From Azolla caroliniana (lineage: Eukaryota > Plantae > Polypodiophyta): 64,000 nt of DNA. This document shows, piece after piece, positions 33,269 to 46,958 of this stretch. The position numbers and the translations under genes were made by a program. The DNA is taken from contig JBHGNT010000013.1 of NCBI GenBank assembly GCA_043228905.1, positions 16,492,001 through 16,556,000 of the forward strand. The letters run 5' to 3'. Positions within the stretch are counted from its first letter, which is position 1, and the number at the start of each line of letters is the position of its first letter. Below the pieces are notes generated by a model. It saw nothing but the letters and a program-made list of their open reading frames with translations, had not been told where the DNA came from and made no database searches.

Positions 33269-34934
33269 GTAAAGGCGCACTTCTCTAGACAATCGCTAGC
33301 GGCCCAGCAAGAAAAGAAAAGACGCGAATTTCAAATATTTGGTTAGACATAGTTCATACTTTGAAGGGTCAATGGGATGGTATAGTTGGAGATTCTGAGG
33401 CTAAAATTGCTCAACGGCATGAGTTTCTTATTAGTTGGACAACTACTCCATTCATGACATCCAATTACGACACTCCTTATTGACATTTTCAGCCTCCGAA
33501 ATGGTTGTTTCCCCCGCTGATCACATAGAGGTTTAAAATCTTGTAAAATGTTTTATACTAATGAGAGGATATCTTCTTTAAAAAAAGAAGAAGAAGAAAT
33601 GAAGTGAAATGACGTGGCTGCAGTCATTCAACCTCCCCATGATATCTGAGTGGATGCACCTCACCCTTCCACTGGCTATGCGGGCACTGGACCAATGTGA
33701 TCTCGCCTTTACGTTGGTGGTTCGGATTCTGGAGCCGCTACAAGTTGTGTATTTGCTCATCTCCAATTTGCTCTCCTTGGTAGGTTTGTAATATTCTTCT
33801 CTCCTTGGGCACTTCAACAATCGCTCGTTGTAATTGGTTGGGAGTCCCATCACACTAAAGGATACTTCGATTTACGACAATTTAGTGTTGAGAGAGTGGG
33901 TGAGTAGTGTAACTAAAATTTCAAAGACCAAGGGATACAAAACATAAAACTCAACTCACAAGACGAAACCAAAGAATACACACACGCAACACGATTTTAC
34001 GACCCATGTCGCAGTGGACAAGCTGATTGGTGTGTGATCCAATCATGAGATGTGTTGACCGAACAAGAAGGTTCAGGTCAAGCAAGCTCTGATCGAAGTT
34101 ATCGATCGTAGAGCTATGATTTGGTCGAGGGATTTCCAATTGACGGCTGATGGAGTTCTGATCGATAAGAGTTGCCATGGCAAGTGGGTTCATCGTGCGA
34201 TGCACTGTCCCACGGGTGTGCCATGTGTTACCTGTAGGAGTGTACGGGGCAATATAAGGGTAAAACACGATAGAGTGGTTGTTGTGTATATGTAATGCAT
34301 ATGAGTGTGTGAGGATGAGTATGTGTATGAACATATGCACATTTGTGTGCGTGTGTACAAAGATGAGAGAGTGGGTGAGTAATGTAACTCCCTACTTGTC
34401 TCATTCTTTATTTGTAATGGTCACCTCTTGTACATATATAAACCCCACCCATGGGGCATAATGTAAAAGAAGAAGATTTTTCCCTCTCATTTTGTGTCAT
34501 TCTCTATGTCTCTCTCCTTCACACATAACCCCATTGGGAGGGGGATGGAGTCGTTCTTGGCTCCACCCCCCACCCATAAACACTTAGGTTCATCTCGTGT
34601 AGTGATAGCGGCAGACTCATACAAGGATCTTGGGTAAGCCAATGTAAAAATTTGGGTAATGTTGGCCTCTCCTAGGTTTCAGTGATGAATAACAAACCAT
34701 CATTTCATGATTTTGGGGACCGCAATGATTGTTGACCTAGCCACAAACCTCACTCCTACAATGAATGTTGGGACTATTCACCTAATTATGATTATGCACC
34801 TTATCACACATGCGCATACTATGAAAGGGGACAAAGGTTGTTGGTGATGATGCATTGTATATTCATAGTACATATATTGTAAGGTGTTGGTTGATTGTAT
34901 ATTCATTGTGCTAATATACATATGCATCCTTGGT

Positions 34935-35001
<67 letters not shown>

Positions 35002-35041
35002 GGCCAATTTTGGTCTTAGAATACGTTAACATTTCTTTCTT

Positions 35042-35088
<47 letters not shown>

Positions 35089-35094
35089 GATGTG

Positions 35095-36160
35095 CCCGCC
35101 ACAAATAAATGGAGTGCATGCTTTGATTCTAGGCTCCAAGCTAGTTGGAGATCATATTACCTTTTGGAGAACCAATGCAACCAAAGTGATACTTGTGAAA
35201 GCGAAGTAAAACTAATGTTGTTCAATGCCATGGTAACTTAACTATTGCTTTATGGAGTATAAGTATGGGGTGGACCATCTCTCTTAATGCATGGAATGAG
35301 ATTGAGAAAATTCAAATGTTGTTTTAAGGAGGCAATTAGGAGATAAATGCACTACCTCTTACCAGGTTATGTTCTTGGAAATAGGTATTTGGTCCATAGA
35401 GATATTGGCACTCCAAAGAGTATATAGATACATTACAAAAGTCAAGAATATGCCGAATCATCAATTGCCGCATCTTGCTTGGAATGTTGGATGTAAGCTA
35501 CAAAAGAATCATAAGAGTAAAATTCTCTCATCCGGTTGGGTTGTTGACATAAGAAAATGGTTCAAAAGATGGGGTGTGGGTGACCTTTTAGAGCTTTCCG
35601 GCGATGCTATGCATTATATAATGATTGAGGAAAGGTCAATGGAATCATTAAGGTTGAAATGGGAAGATGCTAAGAGGACAAAGCTAGAATATTACATTGC
35701 GAATGTCAATCCTGAACGTTGGTCTCAATATAAAGTAATAATGCCTATTGATTGTATCCAACCTTATCTCATTACCAATACGAGTTGTAATCCTCGTAGA
35801 GCCCTCACACTACTTCGGACTCGGTCTCACAAGTTAGGTATTGAAGTTGCATCATGGTATCAAAATGTAACGAATTTGAGGGCATATAAAGTATGCAATG
35901 AAGGCATGGTAGAGGATGAGTGTCACTTGCTCTTCACATGCTCTGCATATAGTGCAATTCGTTCAATATATGATGACATATTAAGAGGGAGTGATAACTT
36001 AAGTGTCATACTTAAGACACCCCTTATTCACGCATAGAGACATTGCGCTTCAATGTATGAATACCCCTTTTTGGGAAGGAGACACATATCAAGAACACAT
36101 GTATACTATGGCCCCATAGGTCAAAATCAGTCTCCTTATGGACAATAAAAACTCTAATTC
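35095..36160 (+). mobile_element. 5'-truncated RTE-like LINE (C-terminal ORF plus 3' tail)
   Basis: ORF 35369-36037 has LLRTRSHKLGIEV and the CCHC-like VCNEGMVEDECHLLFTCSAY motif typical of RTE ORF C-termini. Upstream YGV*VWG and IEKIQ remnants. The tail is duplicated at 18738. Confidence 0.75.
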
Positions 36161-36190
36161 TATCTCTCTCTCATCATAAGTACTATGTCT

Positions 36191-36297
36191 TGGTTCGAAA
36201 CCAATTATCTCACCTCTCTATTACATACTTCATACATAATCTCTTTTCCATGACCTCCTAGTCTCCATTGGGCAACCTTACCAACGGAGCTACATCC
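36191..36297. mobile_element. tRNA-derived composite repeat, copy 2
   Basis: GGTTCGAAACCAATT..TCACCTCTCTATTA..CTTCATA followed by CCATGACC..GTCTCCATTGGGCAACCTTACCAAC.GAGCT matches 5172-5304. Confidence 0.6.
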
Positions 36298-36304
36298 ATC
36301 TGGG

Positions 36305-36350
<46 letters not shown>

Positions 36351-37404
36351 GTGTGTGTGTGTGTATCAAAGTGGTAGTTTAGCCAACCAACTTAATGTCA
36401 AGATTTGACACCATCTATAATTAGAGATACACACCTTCCATTCTTGTTCAAACTTACACGATAACCATCAAAGAGACTTAATGAGCCATGGCATAATAGA
36501 TCAATTGTCACTTGTAAAACTAAGTCTAGCACCATAAACCCCCAATCAACCCATGGTGGTTGTTAGGTTTGAATATGTAAATCACCTTGCATCCTCAATG
36601 TTTTACTCTTTGTGTGTGTATGTGTGTGTGTTAGGTTGTTAGGGTCTCATAGGTCATATTTGACCTCTAAAGACGATAATAGAATCTATGTGTTTATCTA
36701 TCTCATCTATAACACACATGTATACTTCATCTATCCGTTGTTTACAAATTATATATCTTGATCCTTAACTATTTACATAAATAAAGGAAAAACATCCAAA
36801 TTTCAAGTGTCCAGATTGATGCTCTTACTTTACTTCAAGTAACTCCATTAAAGACGATGTCTAACTAAGAGCTTAAATTAGTAAGAAGGCCCAAATCATA
36901 TTAATAAGATTCCCAACATTGTTTAACTAAGGCAGCTTCTTCTACGCGAATGAGATATGAAAACGTAAAATCATTATGTAGTAAGATTTGAGGTGTATGA
37001 TTGTGAATGAGATATGAACAAAATCGATTTATGTTTCATAAATTCATTATGTAATAAGGTTCAAAGTGTGTGATTATGCTATCTTCTATGTATTTTAATG
37101 TCATATATTTAAATATATTATCTTATTTTAATTTCTAGTTCACCCTTTTGATGTAATTTCTATCTATAATATAGTTCAATGATTCACGAAACTGCACAAT
37201 TATTGCTTACGACAAGAGATACTATCATTGTGTTTTAAATATTGCAACTTAATGCATTAGAGCTATTCAATTAATAGTTAACACAACTACCCTCACTTAT
37301 AGTACAAGACTGAAAAATCTTCTCATTTAGATTTAAGACCAAAGTATGCCCTTGGTCTACAACTAGTATACAATAACAATTGATGTTGATAACAACCATT
37401 CACC

Positions 37405-37692
37405 CATAGTACGTAAAATTCGTGTTCGTCTAGTATAACATTCGTTTTCCTACGTTGGAAAACGAATGCGAATGTTATCCAAACATTCTTGTGTTTTTTT
37501 TTTGTTTTTTTCCCATTTTTTTAATGTTTTTTTTTTGTTTTTTTTTTTCATTTTTAGGCTTATCTACCTCATAATAAATAGTTAATCCAAAAGTATGATA
37601 TTTATCATTCTTTGAGGGTGTTTTTCTTTCGCGAATGATTTAATCATTCGCGAATGCGAAATGCACGTATGGTGCGTATGGTTCATACTATG
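37405..37692. mobile_element. hAT-type MITE, copy 2 (288 bp)
   Basis: Ends CATAGTA...TACTATG, flanked by a perfect 8-bp TSD CATTCACC (37397-37404 and 37693-37700). Confidence 0.9.
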
Positions 37693-37999
37693 CATTCACC
37701 CTTTACACAAAAGAAAAAGAAAGAACTTCAATAGTGTTTTTTTTCATGAAAAAGATACTACATTAGTATTAAGAAATTGTCGTGAGGTTGTACAAGAAAT
37801 TGCTTTACATACATGATACCTACTTTCCCTTTCTTTGAAATTCTAGCTATCAGTTGAATTAAATATCTCAGTATAGACTTAGGGTAAAACCACTCCAGCT
37901 TACTAATAAAATATACCTAGTCCAATATGGCATGAAATTTAGTTATTGCAATTTTGCATGTTGAGTGTCATCTTTTATATTATCCAACCAACCTTGTAG

Positions 38000-40560
38000 A
38001 TTATACAGAATCTCTGTCCAAATACCAGCGATTGTCTAGACAAGACTTTCTGTCACATTCCCGAATACCTTAAAGCACCTTCCAAATATACCAAAATCCT
38101 AGTGCCATATACGAGTTTTACTAATCGCTATTTTTGAATTTAATTGTATATTTGTTTTTTTCATTCAACGAAATCATGGAGAAATAGAATTTGCAACATC
38201 CTCCTTATCATACAAAATTGGTTGCCCTTGTACAATTACCAACAATACCGCCCCCCACATATACACCGTTGGGGGATATACTATTATTAAGATTCCTAAA
38301 ACTCTTTTCCTTATTTCAATAACAAAATTGCAGCTCACCAAGCAATTTTTAGCAATCCACTAAATGAAATACAAAAAATCACATAGAATGTTTGCATTCA
38401 CACCTTTCCTCCACTCACCAATTGGTATAATTCTATGAATCAACATAATTCCTTCTTTTATTATACCCCATAATCATTTCCAAATTTTTTTTAGTCGTTC
38501 TAAAGAAATTCCATTCCTTCTCTAGAAAACATTCATAGACAATTCCTTCATTGACATACCACATAATATTTCCCTTCCAATATTTACATAACATTGAGAA
38601 AAGGACACATGTGTTATTTGATCTTGAACCGACATTTTCCAATAATGTACTCCAAGATCCCTAGTCAATCGAGCACCCGTCTCCTTTCCATAATCTAAAA
38701 CCTCCATAAAATATTTACATTATGTGGACTCATATCTAAGAACTAGTTTGATCCATCATTCCCAACCACCCTCACCTCTTTTTGTAAACTACAAGAAAAC
38801 GAAACATTTTCTCTATGTGTGTAACATAAACTACCATCATCACGCACATCAAAATTCAGAAAACCTTCTTCCCTAATATATGCCCTTACTCTAATCAAAA
38901 CACGTGGAGAAAAGAAACCTTACCATTTATGTGCAGAAGTTCCGAAGTGCACGTGCGCATTATAAAAGACACCTTGTATTGCAAAGAACATTCTCATTCA
39001 TCCCCCCATCATATCAAGCACTAAAATCCTTTTGATCTATTGATGAGGAAACAAATTTTGCCGAATCACCTATATATTGTGTTAGTCCTCAATCCAATTC
39101 TATCCATGTGCATCTTTTATGTCGTCCAAGCATATGCTCCCTATAGTTAGTGATGATCAGTTCTAAACAAAGGTTGTCTACAAAATTCAACTTCTACCCT
39201 TGGAGACCACTTGACTAAATCTAGGGAGATGTCTTTCCAAGAAGTAATCCAAGAAATTATTGATGATTGGAGATGTGGTACAAGGGACTGCCATGTTATT
39301 GGGCTATATTGAGCATGATAAGAATGAGGATACTATACAATTTTATCCTCAAATGCTTGTGGCAACAAGGGAGAATTGGTATGTTGAAAGCATGTGGTTT
39401 CCTCTTACCTAATATGATAATATTTTCTGGTATGTTGAAAGCATGTGGCAACAAGGGAGAATTGGTTGTACATACTAAAATGAAACTAGATTTTGTGTTG
39501 GATGGAGGAATTGCGGTATAGATTGGCTTCAATAGTTGCACAATCTCTACGGAAAGCATAGTGTTGTAGTTGATGTACCTTTTTTAAAACTAACGGAAGG
39601 ATATTTTGTTTTTGAAAAAGACAATCCAACAAATCTATCTTCCCATTGGGTAGAAATACCAATTCGATTGTCTTCAACAGAACTCCAAAGAATATTAGGT
39701 TTCCAATCTCCACCATTTTTGGGAAAAACCCTTTGCAATATGTAAATTAACATATGCTTATAGTGTTGTAGCATTCACAACAATCCCCTAATCACCAAAT
39801 TTACAAGCAATGCTTTCGACTGTTGTCACGAATCAACAATCCCCAATCCTCCTTGATGTAGCGGCTTAATAATTGTAGACTAAGAAGCCTTTGCCCCATA
39901 AATGATTGCCAACCCACAAAAGATTATGTTATCAATCTTTGTATTTGCCCCATACACGATCTAGAAAACTCAAACATGACATTATAGCCCAAAGTCTAGA
40001 TAAAAGAACTTAGTTGACCACTACCATTCTTCCCACAAATGATAGTTTAGTTTATTCCAAAACAACAATTTTTTCCTGATTGTAAATAAAAAAGGCGCAA
40101 CTTGAATTTCCGAAGAAATATTTAATCCTACCTAGCATCCCAAATATCTAAGAATCATGCCCTCAAGAATCCATCTAAAATTAGGATATGGAGACCATTG
40201 TGGAACAACATTAGATTTATTCCAATTAATTGATGCACGTGAAGCTATACAAAATATTTGCAATGACATATACATTTTCTACTAATTAGTAAGTTGAATA
40301 TCTATATAAATTCTTACATTAGTAGCAAATCCCACATGACTACATTTTTCCCATCCACATTAACAATTCCTTTCAAGCCAACATCCTCAACCACCAAAAA
40401 CAAACTCATAGCTCAAATAGAAAACAAATTTAGATATGGTACTAATGGACAACCTTCTCTCAGACTTCAGGAAATTTGGAATGCATGACCTTTAACCCCT
40501 CCCAACAACATTGAATTGTATGTTGTGTACAAAGGTGAGACTCCAATCCCTTCAATAGTG
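38000..40560 (-). mobile_element. Heavily decayed L1-clade LINE ORF2 remnant
   Basis: Minus-strand fragments PLVPYL (about 40440), VVN*VLLSRLW (about 40000) and GGLGIVD (about 39840) occur in the order expected for plant L1 ORF2. Boundaries are approximate. Confidence 0.5.
39267..39521 (+). pseudogene. PLS-class PPR gene fragment
   Basis: PNMIIFSGMLKACGNKGEL..VH resembles the PLS-PPR motif P(N/D).VTF..ILKACG..G.L..G..IH; it includes an internal duplication of GMLKACG. Confidence 0.5.
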
Positions 40561-41858
40561 ATGTTAATGGCAAAGGTAGTTACTAGTAATAATACACCTA
40601 AAAATGTGATATACTCGTAGAAGAGAATTTTTTTGTAAAGCAAAATATGGAAAAGAACCTTATAAGACTAATGACACTTGGGTGGTTATAGAGATGTTTG
40701 TTACCGAGGAAGACATTGATGCCCCTCTAAACAAAATGCTATTTAGGCTAACATTTTATGCAATAAAAAGGTTTATCTTGATTGGGAATGGAAGTCCGTA
40801 AATTCATTAATTTTAGGTCATATTTTAAGGAGGTAATGCTATGTAGGTTAAAAAGTGTAGGTATGGCACATTGACATGCTTTCTTGGTTAAAAGCAACAT
40901 GTAAGCATGGTGCTTTGCCAACCTTGACACCAATACATATCACTTTAAAAACCAAGCTAATATAATCTTGTTGTTCACGTTAAAAACCTAGAAAGAGAAT
41001 GTCACTAACAATGGCAAAATATTACCAATAATCATTGTAATTCCCTTCACTGATCACTTGAGAATCACACTTCTCTATATATTTGTTTATACTAATGAAT
41101 GTATATCTTTAATTTAAAAAGGAAAGGAAAAGAGATGATAACAATTGCACAAAGATGATGACAATGCAACAAATGATAACTGAGGATAGTTTATGCTAAA
41201 ACATAGTATTTTATTTATATTATTAGATGGTTTGTAGGAAATTAGGAAGTGCAAATAACCAAATAACCATGATATATAAGTCTATTGGTGATTGAAATTC
41301 TTGTCTTTACATAATAAAACCTCGAGATCACCATGATCAAACATTGTCCCCCCTATCCATCTCGTTCTCTACATCATAACAAAATATACCTATCATCTGA
41401 ATGAAATCAAATATTATTAGTGGGCTTTAGGGTCCGTTCACAATGGGGTTGGACAAGACAGTATGGCTGAAATTGTATTGACAAGAAAAGTGTGGAAAAA
41501 GGAGGTGCCTTTCCTCATTTGCTCTAATACATTGGAAATAGATAGAAGCATCATGAGCTAGTAATCAACCTCATGCAATCATCTAGTGTTTCCTCTAAAC
41601 ATTTAAGGGAAAATGGCATTCTAATCATTTATACCATGATTGCTTCAATCTTTGGTATTTATATATACACACATATATAATACTAAACAAATTGAAACTC
41701 TTGATCAACGACTTACAATCCTCTATCGAGTTGAGAGATATGTTGTTGAAATCAAATGTTTTAATTTAGGACTTAAAAAATGACAATTAATGTCGGATTG
41801 ATCTTCTAATTATGATATGGTGAAGGCGAATTAATGGAGGAAGAATAATTAGTTTTAA

Positions 41859-43896
41859 TTAGGCAGATTTCTCTTTAGAACTCTTAAATTTAGGAAACAC
41901 AACTTGGAAGACCTTTGATGCCATAAATGATCCAAAGAGTGGTGCAAGCCAATACACAAGCAAATGCTCCCAATTGTTATGTTTGTTGTTCACGTACGCC
42001 CAAGCAAACGCCTACAAAAATATAACACATTAAATTAACAAAGCAAGAGGTAGGTACTCACATACACACACATATACACATATACACATATACACATATA
42101 CACATACATACATACACATGTACTATATGTGCACATATTTACATACATGAAAATGTGTGTGTGGAACATATGTATACCACACGTACACACTTGTATATAC
42201 ATAGCACATTAACTTTTTTGTACAAAAACATAGTTGTCCTCACATGAGCCGGGTTCAAGGATGGCCCTGTAAATCCTGCGCCGAGTATAATCACGACATA
42301 AGTCGCCAAGATTATTATCCAAGTCTTCAAAACTGGACTTCTCGGCCCTTTGAGGACCGCAAAGAGAATGGAAAATGTTATCATAAAGGTCAACACAAAT
42401 TCAGCTAGTGCTCCTCTATTCAAGTCCACCATCAATCGAGGTCCACGAAGTAGATGCTTATATGCCGGAGGTATCAACTCTTTCACTGCAAGCACACCTC
42501 CCACAGCTCCAACAGCCTAGAAAGTGATTCGAATAAAATCTTTCATCAAGAAAAATATTTAGTTCCCATTAGTAGGCACTTGTCAACTACCTGCCATTAA
42601 TCAACAACCTTTATGTGGTGCATAATTTCTTGGCCAATCCTAGAAGAATCGACCATCGGCCAATATGTGGCCATAGTTACTTGAAGAAAATACATCAAGA
42701 AATATTTGTACTGGCGAGATCACAAGATTTCTTGGCCAATCCTAGAATAATCGACCATCGGCCAATATGTGGCAATAGTTACTTGAAGAAAATACATCAA
42801 GAAATATTTGTACTAGTGAGATCACAAGATGATGAGTTTGATTGACAAGTGATCTTAAACAAGTGCACATTGGCAATCTATAAGTCATGGTATTTTGTTC
42901 TTATGATGTCTAGTTTAGAGTATCCCTTTGTCCAATATTGTCTATTTCTGCCTCCATGCCTTTAAGTGAACTGGTTAAGGTCTTGCCAAGATGCATAAAC
43001 CATCATCGGCCAGAACCAACTTTGTGAATGCAAAATAGCAGCCTCTTATGTCGACTCAAGTCATGTGTGTATGAAATTGTATATCACTTACATGACTGCA
43101 CATATTCTATTTCTAAGCACAAACTATAATCGCATTAATTGGGTGGGGCTTCATGTAAAATAAGACCTTACGTTGTCTCACATAGTAATGTATATTGCAT
43201 GTATGACATGTAGACGGATGGATCCATGCATATGTTTGGATGTATAGCATTGTCAATGCATGTGTATGGTTGTGTGTGTATATATATATAGCAGTGTACA
43301 TCTATGCATGTATGACATGATTGTCGACGATGCATATATGCATATGTTTTGTATGTAAAGATAGCATTGTAGATGCATGTGTGTATGGTTGGATGAATAG
43401 CAGTGTACATGTATGCATGTATGTATCATGTATGTATGTATGCATGTATGTATCATGTATGTATGTATGCATGTGTGTATGTATGTATACATACATTGTA
43501 CATAATGCATGCAAGCATGCATGTGTATGTACATGATAAACACAATGGCAATGTTTTTTTGTATAAAACTTGTGTTCCCAGACATGTTACATTGATCAAT
43601 ACCTGGGCTGGATATCGTGCGGCTATGGTGAAGAGGGTGTCTTTACTGGTGCCGACGGAATAAAAGGCAAGAACAGGGGAGGGGTTCCAGAGGGCACCGC
43701 CGAGGACAAAGCCAAGCCAGCTGAAGAGGAAGATGTTGAAGGCAAGCAACCCCATTACAATAGGGAACTCGTAGATCCCGTGCCGAAGCCCCAACAATGA
43801 TACCACCAACACAGCAACCGGTCGCATGAAGGCGATATAGATGACCCAAAGGAATGTGATGGCTGAATCTGTAATAGCTAGCTTCACCAATCCCAT
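41859..43896 (-). CDS. SIP1: Small basic intrinsic protein (SIP1-type aquaporin), 239 aa, 3 exons
   Basis: Exons 43603-43896, 42244-42516 and 41859-42011. Motifs: MGLVKLAITDSAITFLWV, GGALWNPS (first NPA variant), ARYPAQAVGAVGG, GALAEFVLTF, TGPSLNPAHAFAWAY, VYWLAPLFG, and C-terminal KEKSA (KxKxx ER-retention signal). Confidence 0.92.
42627..42828. repeat. About 101-bp tandem duplication in SIP intron 1
   Basis: TTTCTTGGCCAATCCTAGAA..ATCGACCATCGGCCAATATGTGGC occurs twice. Confidence 0.85.
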
Positions 43897-45864
43897 CTTT
43901 TTACCTCTAGGGATTGCCCAGACCAAGCAGCAGTTCAAAGACAGCAGCAAAACCCTAAAACCCTAAACACAAGATGGATTGTAGTGAGGGTTTAGATCTT
44001 GCAGCTTTATATGAAATATGCTTTTTATGGAGGCCACCACCACCCTCTTCCCCTCTCTGTCTCTGTCTCTCAGTGTCTCCATTTATAGTTTATATATATA
44101 GAATTTGGTACTCATCACAAGCTTGAAGGTACCTACACTCTAATGCCAAATGCATGACACACATCACATTACATATGCCTTCTCTTTCAATCACTTTTGC
44201 CTTCACCAAATGCCCCCTTCCCGGAACATGTCCATCATATAAATGGATTAAAACACTCGTGGCAATTGAAGCTTTTTTGTACTATCGTAAGTAACTGCAT
44301 TCGCACCATTATGGTGGACGAGCTATCTCCTCTTATGCCCCCCCCCCCCCCCCCCCCAGATGCTTTAATATGTCCATCGACACTCTCCAACAAAGTTGGT
44401 AGAACATCTCGAGAGAAAAAGAGTGTGCCACAAAAAGGAGAGTGCCTTGTCATATTGGAATCGTTTACTACTTATGATGGAAAACGACATTAACTTTTAG
44501 AAACCCTTTGAGCTTATCAAAAGGCCATGGGTTTGGAATTAACTCATGCTCACACCCTACTATCAAGTAAAATGTGACTCAAAAGGTGTGTCAATGCCTT
44601 GTCATATTGGAATCATTTACTTATGCGATAAAATGACATTACCTTTTAGCAACCCTTTGAAGTTATCAAAGAGCCATAGTTTTGGAATTGACTCATACTC
44701 TACCATCGAGCACAATGTTACTCAAATGATGAGATACAACGAAAGTCAGACGGTATTGTTTAAGATTTGAATGAAGTACAAACAAATAATTTAGCAAGAA
44801 AAATTGTCACAATGCCATACCTTCAGCTTACAAATTTGTTAGACAAATCGAAAACAAAATAGATAGGAAAAGATATGGGTCTACCTCTCCCTAAACATAT
44901 TGCTTTGTAGAGTATTTAAATATTGAATTTGCACTTGTGCCTAATACATAACTAGCGCAATTTGCTCTCAGTCTTTGTTGGTTGTTAATTCCCCTATGGG
45001 ATCTTCGAAAAGAAGCAATGATTGATAGAAATAAGGATTATACACTTAAAAATTCGTGAAAAGAATGGAAAGGTGGAGATCAAACTATGTCGGATGAAAA
45101 CCATCAAAGTCCCATCAATAACAATGATAAAGCAGGCAACACTGACAATCAATGACATAAAAAGTTCATAACTTCTTCAGTAGCTCTCTTCTGTGTAAAA
45201 ATGGATAAACAAAAAGATCATCTCTTTCTGTCTTCAGAGAGGTCTCATGTTAGAATCAAACTGTATCCACAGTCAGTATGCACAGTCACATTGATCATTT
45301 TGGTGACATGAGAGTAAGTTTATGTAGGCATCTCCTTAACACAATCATAAGAGTTTCCTTGCAAAAAGGCATTGAAGACTAACCAGAGATTGTGGGGAAA
45401 CCCACATCCTAAAATAAAGATACCAATAGAAAAAGGCTTCTTATTGTGAACTATGGAAAACCTGAGGAGAAGGGATTAGGTATTATGCAGTTCATATGTG
45501 ATGCAAAAGCACAGTTCACAGCTCTGGCTGAAGAAACGGATTGGAATTTCAACTGATTCATACTCGTTCTTTATTAGACACCCATTGTTGAAATGTGCTC
45601 TGGCATTCTCTTCCCCATTAAGAGAGAATAAAGAAAAGCCCTTAAAAACAATACATAGCAAAAAAAATTCCATGAGATACCATAGATCCCTGCATGCCCA
45701 TCAAATTGCAAGTTAGTTGTTACAATAAAACCAGTGGCATTGCATCTGTTATATTGCACAATGGCAACTGGTCCCATTAATCAGACCAGAGAAACTGCCT
45801 TGAAATTAATGACCAAGACACACCATTCCTGTCCTTACTCTGGTGTCCAAAAATGATCTAACCA

Positions 45865-45994
45865 AGTACAACATAACAAAATCATTTGGAATCTAATGTC
45901 CATAATTATCAAATGCGTGCCATCATTAGTACAACATAACAAAATCATCTGGAATCTAATGTCCATAATTATCAAATGTGTGCCATCATTAGTA
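45865..45994. repeat. 63-bp tandem duplication in the 3' UTR of the acidic-protein gene
   Basis: AGTACAACATAACAAAATCAT at 45865 and 45928. Confidence 0.85.
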
Positions 45995-46021
45995 GCAAAA
46001 TTCCAAGCATCCAAATTTGGT

Positions 46022-46408
46022 TCACTTCCTAGATTTCTTTGGAGGTGCCTCATCTTCGTCGTCATCCTCATATTCGTCATCATCTTCTTCGTCATCATCC
46101 TCATCTTCATCTTCCTCGTCGTCGTCATCATCCTCCTCGTTGTCATCTCCTTCACCTTCACCTTCAACTTCTCCACCTTCATCCTCATCACCTTCTTCCC
46201 CACCTTCCTCATCATCATCACTCTCATCTTCCTCGTCACCTTCTTCATCTTCATCTTCATCTTCATCCTCATCGTCGTCTTCATCTTTCTTAGCCATCAG
46301 TAACCATTCAGAAAACGGATACTTCGAAACCGTATCGGCAATATCTGGTGCAGGAATCTCCTTAACAATGTTGACTCCAGCCTTCTCTGATGTGTTGTCT
46401 TCCTGCAT
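46022..46408 (-). CDS. Small D/E-rich protein with a C-terminal NLS (128 aa, prothymosin-like composition)
   Basis: KYPFSEWLL, then a long acidic tract and terminal PPKKSRK. A probable non-coding first exon ends at the donor G/GTAAGC at 49250, with a telo-box at 49262. Confidence 0.7.
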   Translation of the reverse strand: MQEDNTSEKAGVNIVKEIPAPDIADTVSKYPFSEWLLMAKKDEDDDEDEDEDEDEEGDEEDESDDDEEGGEEGDEDEGGEVEGEGEGDDNEEDDDDDEEDEDEDDDEEDDDEYEDDDEDEAPPKKSRK

Positions 46409-46431
46409 GGTTCAATGCTCTTATTTTTGTA

Positions 46432-46900
46432 AAGACTAGGGTATAATAAGATCCTAAAAGATATACGAAAAAGATGAGTCAAAAGAACGCTGTATAGTTC
46501 AATGCTCTTTCTCTCTGCCTTTCTCTATATCGCCTGCTGTTTGAGATCAAGTTTAAGCCAACAATTTTTCAGAACTACCCACCTCAAGAAGGGTTTATGT
46601 TCTTTTGGGTTCCATAGGTCACCCACGACTTGGGGAGGATGTACAGATCCGGATCTATGTATTTGCAGGCATGAGAGAGAGAGACTAGGGTATAATAAGA
46701 TCCTAAAAGATATACGAAAAAGATGAGTCAAAAGAACGCTGTATAGTTCAATGCTCTTTCTCTGTGCCTTTCTCTATATCGGCTGCCATTTGAGATCAAG
46801 TTTGAGCCACCTCAAGAAGGGTTTATGTTCTTTTAGGTTCCATAGATCACCCAAGACTTGGTGAGGATATACAGATCCGGATCTATGTATTTGCATGCAT

Positions 46901-46905
<5 letters not shown>
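46432..46905. repeat. About 250-bp tandem duplication in the leader of the acidic-protein gene
   Basis: AGACTAGGGTATAATAAGATCCTAAAAGATATACG at 46432 and 46682; the following CACCTCAAGAAGGGTTTATG..GATCCGGATCTATG block is also duplicated. Confidence 0.85.

Positions 46906-46958
<53 letters not shown>

Noticed and set aside
32731-33292. ORFs of MYVC, HTYI, RERE or LSLS type here and at about 5.2-5.8, 43.1-43.6, 53.1-53.7 and 62.3-62.6 kb
   Set aside because: They are translations of (TATG)n, (CT)n and (CA)n microsatellites with no domain content.
33578-34500. IHSDIMG motif resembling Copia integrase, and a 24-bp direct repeat (about 33892 and 34367)
   Set aside because: A single short motif with no LTR pair, PBS or other pol motifs is insufficient for a call.
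45835-46439. Overlapping poly-Ser, poly-His and M/K-rich ORFs
   Set aside because: They are alternative frames and the antisense of the GAT/GAA-rich acidic-protein CDS.
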